From the NCBI GenBank assembly GCA_951406725.2, contig OX597843.1, forward strand, positions 6,014,001-6,078,000: a DNA stretch of 64,000 nt, read 5' to 3'. The notes beneath the pieces were generated by a model. That model did no database searches, was not told the DNA's origin, and saw only the letters and a program-made list of their open reading frames with translations. The translations under genes and the position numbers were made by a program. Source of the DNA: Octopus vulgaris (Eukaryota). Below, piece by piece: positions 37,830 through 60,288 of the stretch (its first letter is position 1; each line of letters starts with the position of its first letter).

Positions 37830-38034
37830 GAAAGATGGCCGCACCTTAAAAACCGGAAGTTATGAGTTTGTAATGTGTTGGGATTGTGCGAAAGGGCGAT
37901 GGGAAGCCGAGGAAGAGTTAGGTTTAGGTTAGCTATAGAGAGAGGGGGAGGGAGGGAGGGACTGAGGGGTGTCTTTTTGATGAGGAAGTGTTATGTAGTG
38001 AGAAGGATGGATATGTAGGTAGGTTGCATGGTGA

Positions 38035-38071
<37 letters not shown>

Positions 38072-38116
38072 CACGTGCACAAATGCTCAATTGACATACA
38101 TACATATGCATACATG

Positions 38117-38155
<39 letters not shown>

Positions 38156-38156
<1 letters not shown>

Positions 38157-38559
38157 TAGCAGTATCGCCCGGCGTTGCTCGGGTTTGTAAGGGAAATAAC
38201 TATATAAGCATTTTTAGAGAGTTATAGCCAAAAAATAACAAAAAAATGCATTAAAAATGGGAAAAAAATTATGGGAAATTTTTTTTTAAATCGTTGATTT
38301 ATCGTAAACATTTTTAGAGAGTTACTTCCCTTATATAATAGCGAAAAAAATGCATTAAAATGGAAAAAAAATGATGGTAAATTATTTTTAAAATCGTAGG
38401 CTCATCGTAGACGCGCGCTAATACCCAGAAGGGCTCGATATGAATCACGACTATAAGATACCTGGTTTTGGTTAAACTGCACCGCAAAATGTGGGAGTAG
38501 TTAGGAATCTAAATCGTAGGAGACAGACACTCACACAACTACAGTTTTATATATATAGA
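38156..38559 (-). mobile_element. Non-autonomous Helitron family 2, second copy
   Basis: Reverse complement closely matches 36168-36565 with the same termini. Confidence 0.85.
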
Positions 38560-38569
38560 TATATATATA

Positions 38570-38749
38570 TTCGTCTGCCGTTACGTTCTGGGTTCAAATT
38601 CCGCCGAGGAGTTAGGGCAGCGGACTCGCGGTCGGAGGATCGCAGTTTCGATTCCAAGACGGAAACTGAAAGAAGCCCGTCGTATGTGTGTGTGTGTGTG
38701 TGTGTTTGTCCCACCACCACCACCAACATCACTTGACAGACAGACAGAT

Positions 38750-38813
<64 letters not shown>

Positions 38814-39095
38814 CAGATGGAGATAGATAAACATACATACATACATACACACATACATACACATTCATGTATGTGTGTGTATGTGTTTCCTACCATCGCT
38901 TGACAACCGATGCTGGTGTGTTTACGTCCCTGTTACTTAGCGATTCGGCAAAAGAGACCGATAGAATAAGTACTGGGCTTACAAAGAATAAGTCCCGGGG
39001 TCGATTTGCCCCCGACTAAAGGCGGTGCTCCAGCATGGCCGCAGTCAAATGACTGAAACAAGTAAAAGAGTAAAAGAGTAAAAGAGTAAAAGAGA
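38570..39095 (+). mobile_element. Chimera of SINE B, SINE C and SINE A pieces
   Basis: B piece to GCCGAGG, C piece TTAGGGCAGCGG...CCAAGAC, then A from GGAAACTGAAAG to tail. Confidence 0.8.
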
Positions 39096-39362
39096 GAGAG
39101 AGACCTTCTTCTTTCCTTGCAATCTTCAAAACATTTTACAATACAAAGTATTTTTTTTTACACCAAACACCGCCATTTAATTAGCATTAATTATGCACCG
39201 TTTATTCTCCAGTCCTATTACGTCATCAACAACAACAAAAACGGTTCGCTTATTAAATATATGTGCCTCTTTGAGATTCCACAACAATGCAAATAATAAG
39301 CCGATAACCTTTAAAGACATTATTAGCACCACCTCCATCATCATCATCATCATCATCAACAA

Positions 39363-39402
<40 letters not shown>

Positions 39403-39564
39403 TTATTATTATTATTATTATTATTATCATCATTATTATTATGTAATGGTATGCACAAATGTGTTATATTTGTAATTAACGCCCTTGATAGCGAGTCACA
39501 AATATTACCAGCAGCGCCGCCGTCATAATCATTACGACCAACATTATTATAATTGTTGTTGTTA

Positions 39565-43709
<4,145 letters not shown>

Positions 43710-44014
43710 TGTAATAGTATGGACAAATTTGCTATATTTGGAAATAATGTCCTTGATAGCAAACCACAACTACTTTCTTAGTATATATATATACATATAT
43801 GCATATGTGTGTTTACACACACACACACACATGACGGACATTTCAAACAATCCTTCCTGCGCCCAAATACATCATATTTGTCTCATTATTACTCTTAGTT
43901 TGTTTGTTTTTTTTTGTTTTTGTTTTTTGGTGGGATGAGAGGTTTACGTTAAACCTGCTTTACACGCAAAACACTCACAGCAACACACACACACAGGCCC
44001 CATACACCATAACA

Positions 44015-44256
44015 CACACATACATACATACATACATACATACATACATACATACATACATACATACATACATACACACATTCATATATACGTACATACA
44101 TACATACATACATACATGCATGCATGCATACATACATACATATATACGTACATAGATACATACATACATCATACATCATACATACATATATACATACATA
44201 CATACATACCTACATACATACATACATCATACATCATACATACATACATACATACA

Positions 44257-44288
<32 letters not shown>

Positions 44289-44450
44289 CATACATACATA
44301 CACACATACACACATACATACATACATACATACACATACATACATACATACATACATACATACATACACATACATATATACATACATACATACATACCTA
44401 CATACATACATACATACATACATACATACATACATACACACATACATACA

Positions 44451-44484
<34 letters not shown>

Positions 44485-44636
44485 CATACATACATACATA
44501 CATACATACATACATACATACATACATCATACATCATACATACATACATATATACGTACATAGATACATACATACACACACACACATACATACATACATA
44601 CACACGCACACACACACATACATACACACATACATT

Positions 44637-44668
<32 letters not shown>

Positions 44669-44858
44669 CGTACACACATACATACATACATATATACATA
44701 CATATATACGTACATACACTCATACATACATACATACATACATGCATGCATGCATACATACATAGATACATACATATATACATACATATATACGTACATA
44801 CATACATACATACATACATACATACATACATACATACATACATACATACATACATACA

Positions 44859-44888
<30 letters not shown>
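44015..44888. repeat. (CATA)n microsatellite
   Basis: Direct reading. Confidence 0.95.
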
Positions 44889-44889
<1 letters not shown>

Positions 44890-45462
44890 GTTGTAGCTAG
44901 GACACTATAATGAAAGCCATCGGAAGGCTAACCGTAAGGACAAGGAAATATGAACCCACAATATAGTAGAAGCCACAGTCACTCATAATTAAAAGGTGTT
45001 CTGGTAGAATGTCCTAGTGAAGACCTCAATAAAATGGAAACACAACAGACCTGATATAATGATTTGGGATAGAAAAGAGAAACTGTGTACAGTTGTGGAA
45101 ATTAGCTGCCGAGCGGATGTTACCAGAAAGCTGAAGATCAGTGAAAAAGAGAACACCTATGCTGAACTATTGAGAAATCTGTACTTGCTCTATCCAGATT
45201 ACAATTTCAGGTTTATACCTGTAATTATTGAGGCATACTGGGATATGTAACACACTGCCTAAATACCTATACTGAGAAATTAGGCTTTTCAAACCCAGAA
45301 AGGAGAAAGCTAAATCGAAGGCTACAGATCCAATCCATCAGTGGAACTGTAAAAATCTGTAAAACTTTCCAGAAGTTCATCATTTAAATATATATGAGCA
45401 TATCAAGATATACATCTATATGCATGAGAAGACACACATAAAATAAAACATACAAATCTGCA
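44889..45462 (+). mobile_element. R4-clade-like non-LTR element (restriction-like endonuclease C-terminus), 5'-truncated, embedded in (CATA)n
   Basis: KHNRPDIMIWDRKEKLCTVVEISC..D....KISEKENTY..L....YPDY.FRFIPVII...GYV...LQIQSISGTVKICKTFQKFII*; PD-(D/E)xK-type motif. Confidence 0.82.
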
Positions 45463-45811
45463 TATATACATACATACATGCATGCATACATATATATACA
45501 TACATACATGCATGCATACATACATGCATACATATATGTATACATACATACATGCATACATATATGTATACATATGTACATACATGCATGCATACATACA
45601 TGCATACATATATGTATACATATATACATACATACATGCATGCATACATATACATACATACATGCATACATACATATATGCATACATATATACATACATA
45701 CATGCATACATATATACATACATACATGCATACATATATACATACATACATCATACATACATGCACACACATATATACATACACGCATATATACATACAT
45801 ACATACATGCA

Positions 45812-45856
<45 letters not shown>

Positions 45857-45878
45857 TTGCATACATGCATACATACAT

Positions 45879-46266
45879 AGGCGCAGGAATGGCTGTGTGG
45901 TAAGAAGCTTGCTTGCCAACCACATGGTTCCGGGTTCAGTCCCACTGCATGGCACCTTGGGCAAGTGTCTTCTACTATAGCTTCGGGCCGACCAAAGCCT
46001 TGTGAATGAATTTGGTAGACGGAAACTGAAAGAAGCCTGTCGTATATGTGTATGTGTGTTTGTGTGTGTGTGTGTGTCTATGTCTGTGTGTCTGTGTTTG
46101 TCCCCCACCATCGCTTGACAACCGATGTTGGTGTGTTTACGTCTCCGTAACTTAGCGTCCGATTGAATAAGTACCAGGCTTACAAAGAATAAGTCCTAGG
46201 GTCGATTTGTTCGACTAAAGGTGGTGCTGCAGCATGGCCGCAGTCAAATCACTGAAATAAGTAAAA
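45879..46266 (+). mobile_element. SINE A
   Basis: Identity to SINE A. Confidence 0.9.
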
Positions 46267-46899
46267 TAATAAAATAATACATACAAATATACATATACAT
46301 ATGTATATGTATGCATATATACATACATGCATACATACATGCATACATACATACGTACATACGTATATGCATGCATACATACATATATTCTCACATACAT
46401 ATATACATACATACCTGCATACATACATACCTATGTGCATACATACATACACACACAGATATACTCTCAAGAGACCACAAACATATACATACCTACATAC
46501 ACAGACACACACATTCACACATATGCATACACATACACACACACACACACATACGCAAACACGCATAGACTTGCGCAAACACACATACACACACAGACGC
46601 ATCGCAGCCCCCATCTTTTTTCCAGATTGCAGACGGCAAACTCCACGCCGCCACCCCGTTAATGACCACCTCACCCGACTCAAATGAGGCGGTGTAGTAC
46701 CCTCGTTTTTTTAGTCTGTAACGTAACCCGTTAATGTCAGTGGAAGACACACAGACAGCCACAAAGACAGACAGACAGACAAGCAGACATGGAGTGAGGA
46801 AAGAAGGGGGCAGAGATAGAGGGTGAGTGGAGGGGAAGATAATGCAAAGGACATTCCACATATTTATTGTTTTTGTAGTTGTTTTTGTTATAAGTTTTT

Positions 46900-47132
46900 T
46901 CATCATCATCATCACCACCGCTACAGTCATCGTCGCCGACGCCGCTGTCAGCATCACCACCTTTACCATCACCACCACCACTTCCACCATCACCACCACC
47001 ACCATCACCACCACCACCACCACCATCATCATCACCATCATCATCATCACCACCACCACTATCATCATCATCACCACCACCACCACTATCATCATCATCA
47101 TCATCACCACCACCACTATCATCATCATCATC

Positions 47133-47166
<34 letters not shown>

Positions 47167-47813
47167 CCACCACCACTATCATCATCATCATCACCACCAC
47201 CACCACCACTATCATCATTATCATCACCACCACCAATATCATCATCATCATCATCACCACCACCACCACTATCATCATCATCATCATCACCACCACCACT
47301 ATCATCATCATCATCATCGTCACCACCACCACTATAATCATCATCATCATCACCACCACCACTATTATCATCATCATCATCACCACCACCACCACCACCA
47401 CTATCATCATCATCATCATCACCACCACCACTATCATCATCATCATCATCATCATCACCACCACCACTATCATCATCATCATCATCACCACCTCCACCAC
47501 CACCACTATCATCATCATCATCATCATCATCACCACCACCACTATCATCATCATCATCATCACCACCACCACAATCATCATCATCATCATCATCACCACC
47601 ACCACTATCATCATCATCATCATCACCCAAACCACCACCACCACTATCATCATCATCATCATCATCACCACCACCATCATCATCATCATCATCACCACCA
47701 CCACTATCATCATCATCATCATCACCACCACCACTATTATCATCATCATCATCATCATCAACACCACCACTATCATCATCACCACCACCACCACTATCAT
47801 CATCATCATCATC

Positions 47814-47847
<34 letters not shown>

Positions 47848-48490
47848 TCACCACCACCACTATCATCATCATCACCACCACCACCACCACTATCATCATC
47901 ATCATCATCACCACAACCACCACCACCACTATCATCATCATCATCACCACCACCACCACCACCACTATCATCATCATCATCATCACCACCACCACCACCA
48001 CTATCATCATCATCATCATCACCACCACCACTATCATCATCATCATCATCACCACCACCACCACCACCACTATCATCATCATCATCATCACCACCACCAC
48101 TATTATCATCATCATCATCACCACCACCACCACCACCACTATCATCATCATCATATTAACCACCACCACTATCATCATCATCATCATCACCACCACCACT
48201 ATCATCATCATCATCATCACCACCACCACTATTATCATCATCATCATCATCATCATCACCACCACCACTATCATCATCATCACCACCACCACTATTATCA
48301 TCATCATCATCATCACCACCACCACCACCACCACTATCATCATCATCATCATCACCACCACCACTATTATCATCATCATCATCATCACCACCACCACCAC
48401 CACCACTATCATCATCATCATCACCACCACCACCACTATTATCATCATCATCATCACCACCACCACCACCACTATCATCATCATCATCAT

Positions 48491-48522
<32 letters not shown>

Positions 48523-49512
48523 TCACCACCACTATCATCATCATCATCATCACCACCACCACTATCATCATCATCATCATCACCACCACCACCACCACCA
48601 CTATCATCATCATCATCATCACCACCACCACTACTATTATCATCATCATCATCATCACCACCACCACCACTATCATCATCATCATCATCATCACCACCAC
48701 CACCACCACCACCACCACTATCATCATCATCATCATCACCACCACCACTACTATTATCATCATCATCATCATCATCACCACCACCACCACCACTATCATC
48801 ATCATCATCATCACCACCACCACTACTATTATCATCATCATCATCATCACCACCACCTACTATTATCATCATCATCATCATCACCACCACCACTATCATC
48901 ATCATCATCATCACCACCACCACTATCATCATCATCATCACCACCACTATCATCATCATCATCATCACCACCACCACTATCATCATCATCATCACCACCA
49001 CCACCACCACTATCATCATCATCATCATCACCACCACCACTACTATTATCATCATCATCATCATCACCACCACCACCACCACTATCATCATCATCATCAT
49101 CATCACCACCACCACCAACACTATCATCATCATCACCACCACCACCACCACCACTATCATCATCATCATCATCATCACCACCACCACTATCATCATCATC
49201 ATCACCACCACCACCACTATCATCATCATCATCATCACCACCACCACTATCATCATCATCACCACCACCACCACCACTATCATCATCATCATCATCACCA
49301 CCACCACTATCATCATCATCATCATCACCACCACCACCACCACCACTATCATCATCATCATCATCACCACCACCACCACCACCACTATCATCATCATCAT
49401 CATCACCACCACCACCACCACTACCATCATCATCATCACCACCACCACCACTATCATCACCATCATCATCACCACCACCACCACCACTATCATCATCATC
49501 ATCATCACCACC

Positions 49513-49546
<34 letters not shown>

Positions 49547-49590
49547 TCACCACCACCACCACCACTATCATCATCATCAACATCACCACC

Positions 49591-49651
<61 letters not shown>

Positions 49652-50223
49652 CCACCACCACCACTATCATCATCATCATCATCATCACCACCACCACCAC
49701 CACTATCATCATCATCATCATCATCACCACCACCACCACCACTATCATCATCATCATCATCACCACCACCACCACCTATCATCGTCATCATCATCATCAC
49801 CACCACCACTATCATCATCATCACCACCACCACCACCACCACTATCATCATCATCATCATCACCACCACCACCACCACCACTATCATCATCATCATCATC
49901 ACCACCACCACCACTATCATCATCATCATCATCACCACCACCACCACCACTATCATCGTCATCATCATCATCACCACCACCACTATCATCATCATCACCA
50001 CCACCACCACCACCACTATCATCATCATCATCATCACCACCACCACCACCACCACTATCATCATCATCACCACCACCACCACCACCACTATCATCATCAT
50101 CATCATCATCACCACCACCACTATCATCATCATCATCACCACCACCACTATCATCATCATCATCACCACCACCACCACTATTATCATCATCATCATCATC
50201 ACCACCACCACTATCATCATCAT

Positions 50224-50255
<32 letters not shown>

Positions 50256-51387
50256 CCACCACCACCACTATCATCATCATCATCATCATCACCACCACTA
50301 TCATCATCATCATCATCATCACCACCACCACTATCATCATCATCATCATCATCACCACCACCACTATCATCATCATCATCATCACCACCACCACTATCAT
50401 CATCATCATCACCACCACCACCACTATCATCATCATCATCATCATCACCACCACCACTATCATCATCATCATCATCATCACCACCACCACTATCATCATC
50501 ATCATCATCACCACCACCACCACTATCATCATCATCATCATCATCACCACCACCACTATCATCATCATCATCATCACCACCACCACCACTATCATCATCA
50601 TCATCATCATCACCACCACCACTATCATCATCATCATCATCACCACCACCACCACTATCATCATCATCATCATCATCACCACCACCACTATCATCATCAT
50701 CATCATCACCACCACCACCACTATCATCATCATCATCATCATCACCACCACCACTATCATCATCATCATCATCACCACCACCACCACTATCATCATCATC
50801 ATCATCATCACCACCACCACTATCATCATCATCATCATCATCACCACCACCACTATCATCATCATCATCAACATCACCACCACCACTATCATCATCATCA
50901 TCATCACCACCACCATCATCATCATCATCATCATCACCACCACCACTATCATCATCATCATCATCACCACCACCACTATCATCATCATCATCATCATCAC
51001 CACCACCACTATCATCATCATCATCATCATCATCACCACCACCACTATCATCATCATCATCACCACCACCACCACTATCATCATCATCATCATCATCACC
51101 ACCACCACTATCATCATCATCATCATCATCACCACCACCACTATCATCATCATCATCATCATCATCACCACCACCACTATCATCATCATCATCACCACCA
51201 CCACCACTATCATCATCATCATCATCACCACCACCACCCCCACTATCATCATCATCATCACCACCACCACCACTATCATCATCATCATCATCATCACCAC
51301 CACCACTATCATCATCATCATCACCACCACCACCACTATCATCATCATCATCAACATCACCACCACCACTATCATCATCATCATCAT

Positions 51388-51419
<32 letters not shown>

Positions 51420-52239
51420 TCACCACCACCACTATCATCATCATCATCATCACCACCACCACTATCATCATCATCATCATCATCACCACCACCACTATTA
51501 TCATCATCATCATCATCATCACCACCACCACTATCATCATCACCACCACCACCACTATCATCATCATCATCATCACCACCACCACTATCATCATCATCAT
51601 CACCACCACCACCACCACCACTATCATCATCATCATCACCACCACCACCACCACCACTATCATCATCATCATCATCATCACCACCACCACCACCACTATC
51701 ATCATCATCATCATCACCACCACCACCACCACCACTATCATCATCATCATCATCATCACCACCACCACCACCACTATCATCATCATCATCACCACCACCA
51801 CCACCACTATCATCATCATCACCACCACCACCACCACCACTATCATCATCATCATCATCATCACCACCACCACCACCACTATCATCATCATCATCATCAC
51901 CACCACCACTATCATCATCATCATCATCACCACCACCACTATCATCATCATCATCATCACCACCACCACCACCACTATTATCATCATCATCATCATCACC
52001 ACCACCACTATCATCATCACCACCACCACTATTATCATCATCATCATCATCACCACCACCACTATCATCATCATCATCATCACCACCACCACTATCATCA
52101 CCACCACCACCACCACCACTATTATCATCATCATCATCATCACCACCACCACCACTATCATCATCATCATCATCACCACCACCACTATCATCATCATCAT
52201 CATCATCACCACCACCACTATCATCATCATCATCATCAT

Positions 52240-52271
<32 letters not shown>

Positions 52272-55200
52272 CCACCACCACTATCATCATCATCATCATC
52301 ATCACCACCACCACTATCATCATCATCATGATCATCACCACCACCACTATTATCATCATCATCATCATCACCACCACCACTATCATCATCATCATCATCA
52401 CCACCACCACTATCATCACCACAACCACCACCACCACTATTATCATCATCATCATCATCACCACCACCACTATCATCATCATCATCATCATCACCACCAC
52501 CACTATCATCATCATCATCATCACCACCACCACTATCATCATCATCATCACCACCACCACCACTATCATCATCATCATCATCATCACCACCACCACTATC
52601 ATCATCATCATCATCATCACCACCACCACTATCATCATCATCATCATCATCACCACCACCACTATCATCATCATCATCATCATCACCACCACCACTATCA
52701 TCATCATCATCATCATCACCACCACCACTATCATCATCATCATCATCACCACCACCACTATCATCATCATCATCATCATCACCACCACCACTATCATCAT
52801 CATCATCATCACCACCACCACTATCATCATCATCATCATCATCACCACCACCACTATCATCATCATCATCATCATCACCACCACCACTATCATCTTCATC
52901 ATCATCATCACCACCACCACTATCATCATCATCATCACCACCACCACCACTATCATCATCATCATCATCATCACCACCACCACTATCATCATCATCATCA
53001 TCACCACCACCACTATCATCATCATCATCATCACCACCACCACTATTATCATCATCATCATCATCATCACCACCACCACTATCATCATCATCATCACCAC
53101 CACCACCACTATCATCATCATCATCATCACCACCACCACTATCATCATCATCATCATCACCACCACCACTATCATCATCATCATCATCATCATCATCACC
53201 ACCACCACTATCATCATCATCATCATCACCACCACCACCACTATCATCATCATCATCAACACCACCACCACTATCATCATCATCATCATCACCACCACTA
53301 TCATCATCATCACCACCACCACTATTATCATCATCATCATCATCATCACCACCACCACTATCATCATCATCATCACCACCACCACCACTATCATCATCAT
53401 CATCATCACCACCACCACCACTATCATCATCATCATCATCACCACCACCACTATCATCATCATCATCATCATCACCACCACCACTATCATCATCATCATC
53501 ACCACCACCACCACTATCATCATCATCATCATCACCACCACCACCACTATCATCATCATCATCATCACCACCACCACTATCATCATCATCATCATCACCA
53601 CCACCACTATTATCATCATCATCATCATCACCACCACCACTATCATCATCATCATCATCATCACCACCACCACTATCATCATCATCATCATCACCACCAC
53701 CACCACCACTATCATCATCATCATCACCACCACCACCACTATCATCATCATCATCATCACCACCACCACCACTATCATCATCATCATCATCATCATCACC
53801 ACCACCACTATCATCATCATCATCATCACCACCACCTACTATCATCATCATCATCATCATCATCACCACCACCACTATCATCATCATCATCATCACCACC
53901 ACCACTATCATCATCATCATCATCATCACCACCACCACTATCATCATCATCATCATCACCACCACCACCACCACTATTATCATCATCATCATCATCATCA
54001 CCACCACCACCTATCATCATCATCATCACCACCACCACCACTATCATCATCATCATCATCATCACCACCACCACTATCATCATCATCATTATCACCACCA
54101 CCACTATCATCATCATCATCATCACCACCACCACTATTATCATCATCATCATCATCATCACCACCACCACTATCATCATCATCATCATCACCACCACCAC
54201 TATCATCATCATCATCATCATCACCACCACCACTATCATCATCATCATCATCACCACCACCACCACTATCATCATCATCATCATCATCATCACCACCACC
54301 ACCACTATCATCATCATCATCACCACCACCACCACTATCATCATCATCATCACCACCACCACCACTATCATCATCATCACCACCACCACCACTATCATCA
54401 TCATCATCACCACCACCACCACTATCATCATCATCATCACCACCACCACCACTATCATCATCATCATCACCACCACCACCACTATCATCATCATCATCAT
54501 CATCATCACCACCACCACTATCATCATCATCATCATCACCACCACCACTACTATCATCATCATCATCATCATCACCACCACCACTATCATCATCATCATC
54601 ATCACCACCACCACTATCATCATCATCATCATCACCACCACCACTATTATCATCATCATCATCATCATCACCACCACCACTATCATCATCATCATCACCA
54701 CCACCACCACTATCATCATCATCATCATCATCACCACCACCACTATCATCATCATCATCATCACCACCACCACTATCATCATCATCATCATCATCACCAC
54801 CACCACCACTATCATCATCATCATCACCACCACCACCACTATCATCATCATCATCATCACCACCACCACTATCATCATCATCATCATCACCACCACCACT
54901 ATCATAATCATCATCATCACCACCACCACTATTATCATCATCATCATCATCATCACCACCACCACTATCATCATCATCATCACCACCACCACCACTATCA
55001 TCATCATCATCATCATCACCACCACCACTATCATCATCACCACCACCACCACTATCATCATCATCATCATCACCACCACCACTATCATCATCATCATCAT
55101 CATCACCACCACCACTATCATCATCATCACCACCACCACCACCACTATCATCATCATCATCACCACCACCACCACCACCACTATCATCATCATCATCATC

Positions 55201-56879
55201 ATCACCACCACCACCACCACTATCATCATCATCATCATCACCACCACCACCACCACTATCATCATCATCATCATCATCACCACCACCACTATCATCATCA
55301 TCACCACCACCACCACCACCACTATCATCATCATCACCACCACCACCACCACCACTATCATCATCATCATCATCATCACCACCACCACTATCATCATCAT
55401 CATCATCACCACCACCACTATCATCATCATCATCATCACCACCACCACTATCATCATCATCATCATCACCACCACCACTATTATCATCATCATCATCATC
55501 ACCACCACCACCACCACCACCACTATCATCATCATCATCATCACCACCACCACCACCACCACCATCATCATCATCACCACCACCACTATCATCACCACCA
55601 CCACCACCACCACTATTATCATCATCATCATCATCACCACCACCACCACTATCATCATCATCATCATCATCACCACCACCACTATCATCATCATCATCAT
55701 CATCACCACCACCACTATCATCATCATCATCATCATCACCACCACCACTATCATCATCATCATCATCATCACCACCACCACTATCATCATCATCATCATC
55801 ATCACCACCACCACTATCATCATCATCATGATCATCACCACCACCACTATCATCATCATCATCATCACCACCACCACTATCATCATCATCATCATCACCA
55901 CCACCACTATCATCACCACCACCACCACCACCACTATTATCATCATCATCATCATCACCACCACCACCACTATCATCATCATCATCATCATCACCACCAC
56001 CACTATCATCATCATCATCATCACCACCACCACTATCATCATCATCATCACCACCACCACCACTATCATCATCATCATCATCATCACCACCACCACTATC
56101 ATCATCATCATCATCATCACCACCACCACTATCATCATCATCATCATCATCATCACCACCACCACTATCATCATCATCATCATCACCACCACCACTCATC
56201 ATCATCATCATCATCACCACCACCACTATCATCATCATCATCATCACCACCACCACCACTATCATCATCATCATCATCATCACCACCACCACTATCATCA
56301 TCATCATCATCACCACCACCACTATCATCATCATCATCATCATCACCACCACCACTATCATCATCATCATCATCATCACCACCACCACTATCATCATCAT
56401 CATCATCATCACCACCACCACTATCATCATCATCATCACCACCACCACCACTATCATCATCATCATCATCATCACCACCACCACTATCATCATCATCATC
56501 ATCACCACCACCACTATCATCATCATCATCATCACCACCACCACTATTATCATCATCATCATCATCACCACCACCACCACTATCATCATCATCATCACCA
56601 CCACCACCACTAGATCATCATCATCATCATCACCACCACCCCACTATCATCATCATCATCATCACCACCACCACCACTATCATCATCATCATCATCATCA
56701 TCACCACCACCACTATCATCATCATCATCACCACCACCACCACTATCATCATCATCATCATCATCACCACCACCACTATCATCATCATCATCATCACCAC
56801 CACCACTATCATCATCATCACCACCACCACTATTATCATCATCATCATCATCATCACCACCACTATCATCATCATCATC

Positions 56880-56913
<34 letters not shown>

Positions 56914-58796
56914 CCACCACCACCACTATCATCATCATCATCATCACCACCACCACTATCATCATCATCATCATCATCATCACCACCACTATCATCATCA
57001 TCATCACCACCACCACCACTATCATCATCATCATCATCATCACCACCACCACCATCATCATCATCATCACCACCACCACTATCATCATCATCATCATCAC
57101 CACCACCACTATCATCATCATCATCATCATCACCACCACCACTATCATCATCATCATCATCATCACCACCACCACCACATCATCATCATCATCATCACCA
57201 CCACCACTATCATCATCATCATCATCACCACCACCACTATCATCATCATCATCATCACCACCACCACCACTATCATCATCATCATCATCATCACCACCAC
57301 CACTATCATCATCATCATCATCACCACCACCACTATCATCATCATCATCATCATCATCACCACCACCACTATCATCATCATCATCACCACCACCACCACT
57401 ATCATCATCATCATCATCATCACCACCACCACTATCATCATCATCATCATCACCACCACCACTATTATCATCATCATCATCATCATCACCACCACCACTA
57501 TCATCATCATCATCACCACCACCACCACTATCATCATCATCATCATCATCACCACCACCACTATCATCATCATCATCATCACCACCACCAATATCATCAT
57601 CATCATCATCACCACCACCACTATTATCATCATCATCATCATCATCACCACCACCACTATCATCATCATCATCATCACCACCACCACTATCATCATCATC
57701 ATCATCATCACCACCACCACTATCATCATCATCATCATCACCACCACCACCACTATCATCATCATCATCATCATCATCACCACCACCACCACTATCATCA
57801 TCATCATCACCACCACCACCACTATCATCATCATCATCACCACCACCACCACTATCATCATCATCATCACCACCACCACCACTATCATCATCATCATCAC
57901 CACCACCACTATCATCATCATCATCACCACCACCACCACTATCATCATCATCATCACCACCACCACCACTATCATCATCATCATCATCATCATCACCACC
58001 ACCACTATCATCATCATCATCATCACCACCACCACCACTATCATCATCATCATCATCATCACCACCACCACTATCATCATCATCATCATCACCACCACCA
58101 CTATCATCATCATCATCATCACCACCACCACTATTATCATCATCATCATCATCATCACCACCACCACTATCATCATCATCATCACCACCACCACCACTAT
58201 CATCATCATCATCATCATCACCACCACCACTATCATCATCATCATCATCACCACCACCACTATCATCATCATCATCATCATCATCACCACCACCACTATC
58301 ATCATCATCATCACCACCACCACCACTATCATCATCATCATCATCATCACCACCACTATCATCATCATCATCATCACCACCACCACTATCATCATCATCA
58401 TCATCACCACCACCACTATTATCATCATCATCATCATCATCACCACCACCACTATCATCATCATCATCACCACCACCACTATCATCATCATCATCATCAT
58501 CACCACCACCACTATCATCATCATCATCACCACCACCACTATCATCATCATCATCATCACCACCACCACTATCATCATCATCATCATCATCACCACCACC
58601 ACTATCATCATCATCACCACCACCACCACCACCACTATCATCATCATCATCACCACCACCACCACCACTATCATCATCATCATCATCATCACCACCACCA
58701 CCACCACTATCATCATCATCATCATCACCACCACCACCACCACCACTATCATCATCATCATCATCATCCACCACCACCACCATCATCATCATCATC

Positions 58797-58827
<31 letters not shown>

Positions 58828-59132
58828 CCACCACCACCACCACTATCATCATCATCATCATCATCACCACCACCACCACCACTATCATCATCATCATCAT
58901 CACCACCACCACTATCATCATCATCATCATCATCACCACCACCACTATCATCATCATCATCATCACCACCACCACTATTATCATCATCATCATCATCACC
59001 ACCACCACTATCATCATCACCACCACCACTATTATCATCATCATCATCATCACCACCACCACTATCATCATCATCATCATCACCACCACCACCACTATCA
59101 TCACCACCACCACCACCACCACCACTATCATC

Positions 59133-59164
<32 letters not shown>

Positions 59165-60256
59165 CATCACCACCACCACTATCATCATCATCATCATCAT
59201 CACCACCACCACTATCATCATCATCATGATCATCACCACCACCACTATCATCATCATCATCATCACCACCACCACTATCATCATCATCATCACCACCACC
59301 ACCACTATCATCATCATCATCATCATCACCACCACCACTATCATCATCATCATCATCATCACCACCACCACTATCATCATCATCATCATCATCATCACCA
59401 CCACCACTATCATCATCATCATCATCATCACCACCACCACTATCATCATCATCATCATCACCACCACCACTATCATCATCATCATCACCACCACCACCAC
59501 AATCATCATCATCATCACCACCACCACCACCACTACCATCATCATCATCATCACCACCACCACCACCACTATCATCATCATCATCACCACCACCACCACC
59601 ACTATCATCATCATCATCATCACCACCACCACTATCATCATCATCATCACCACCACCACCACCACTATCATCATCATCATCATCACCACCACCACCACTA
59701 CTATTATCATCATCATCACCACCACCACCACCACTATCATCATCATCATCATCACCACCACCACCACTATCATCATCATCATCATCACCACTATCATCAT
59801 CATCATCATCACCACCACCACCACCACTATCATCATCATCATCACCACCACCACCACTATCATCATCATCATCATCACCACCACCACCACTATCATCATC
59901 ATCATCATCACCACCACCACCACTATCATCATCATCATCATCACCACCACCACCACCACTATCATCATCATCATCACCACCACCACTATCATCATCATCA
60001 TCATCATCACCACCACCACTATCATCATCATCATCATCATCACCACCACTATCATCATCATCATCATCATCACCACCACTATCATCATCATCATCACCAC
60101 CACCACCACCACTATCATCATCATCATCATCACCACCACCACTATCATCATCATCATCATCACCACCACCACCACTATCATCATCATCATGATCATCACC
60201 ACCACTATCATCATCATCATCATCACCACCACCACCACTATCATCATCATCATCAT

Positions 60257-60288
<32 letters not shown>

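Noticed and set aside
37916-37932. TTAGGTTTAGGTTAG telomere-like patch
   Set aside because: Three imperfect units, compatible with chance.
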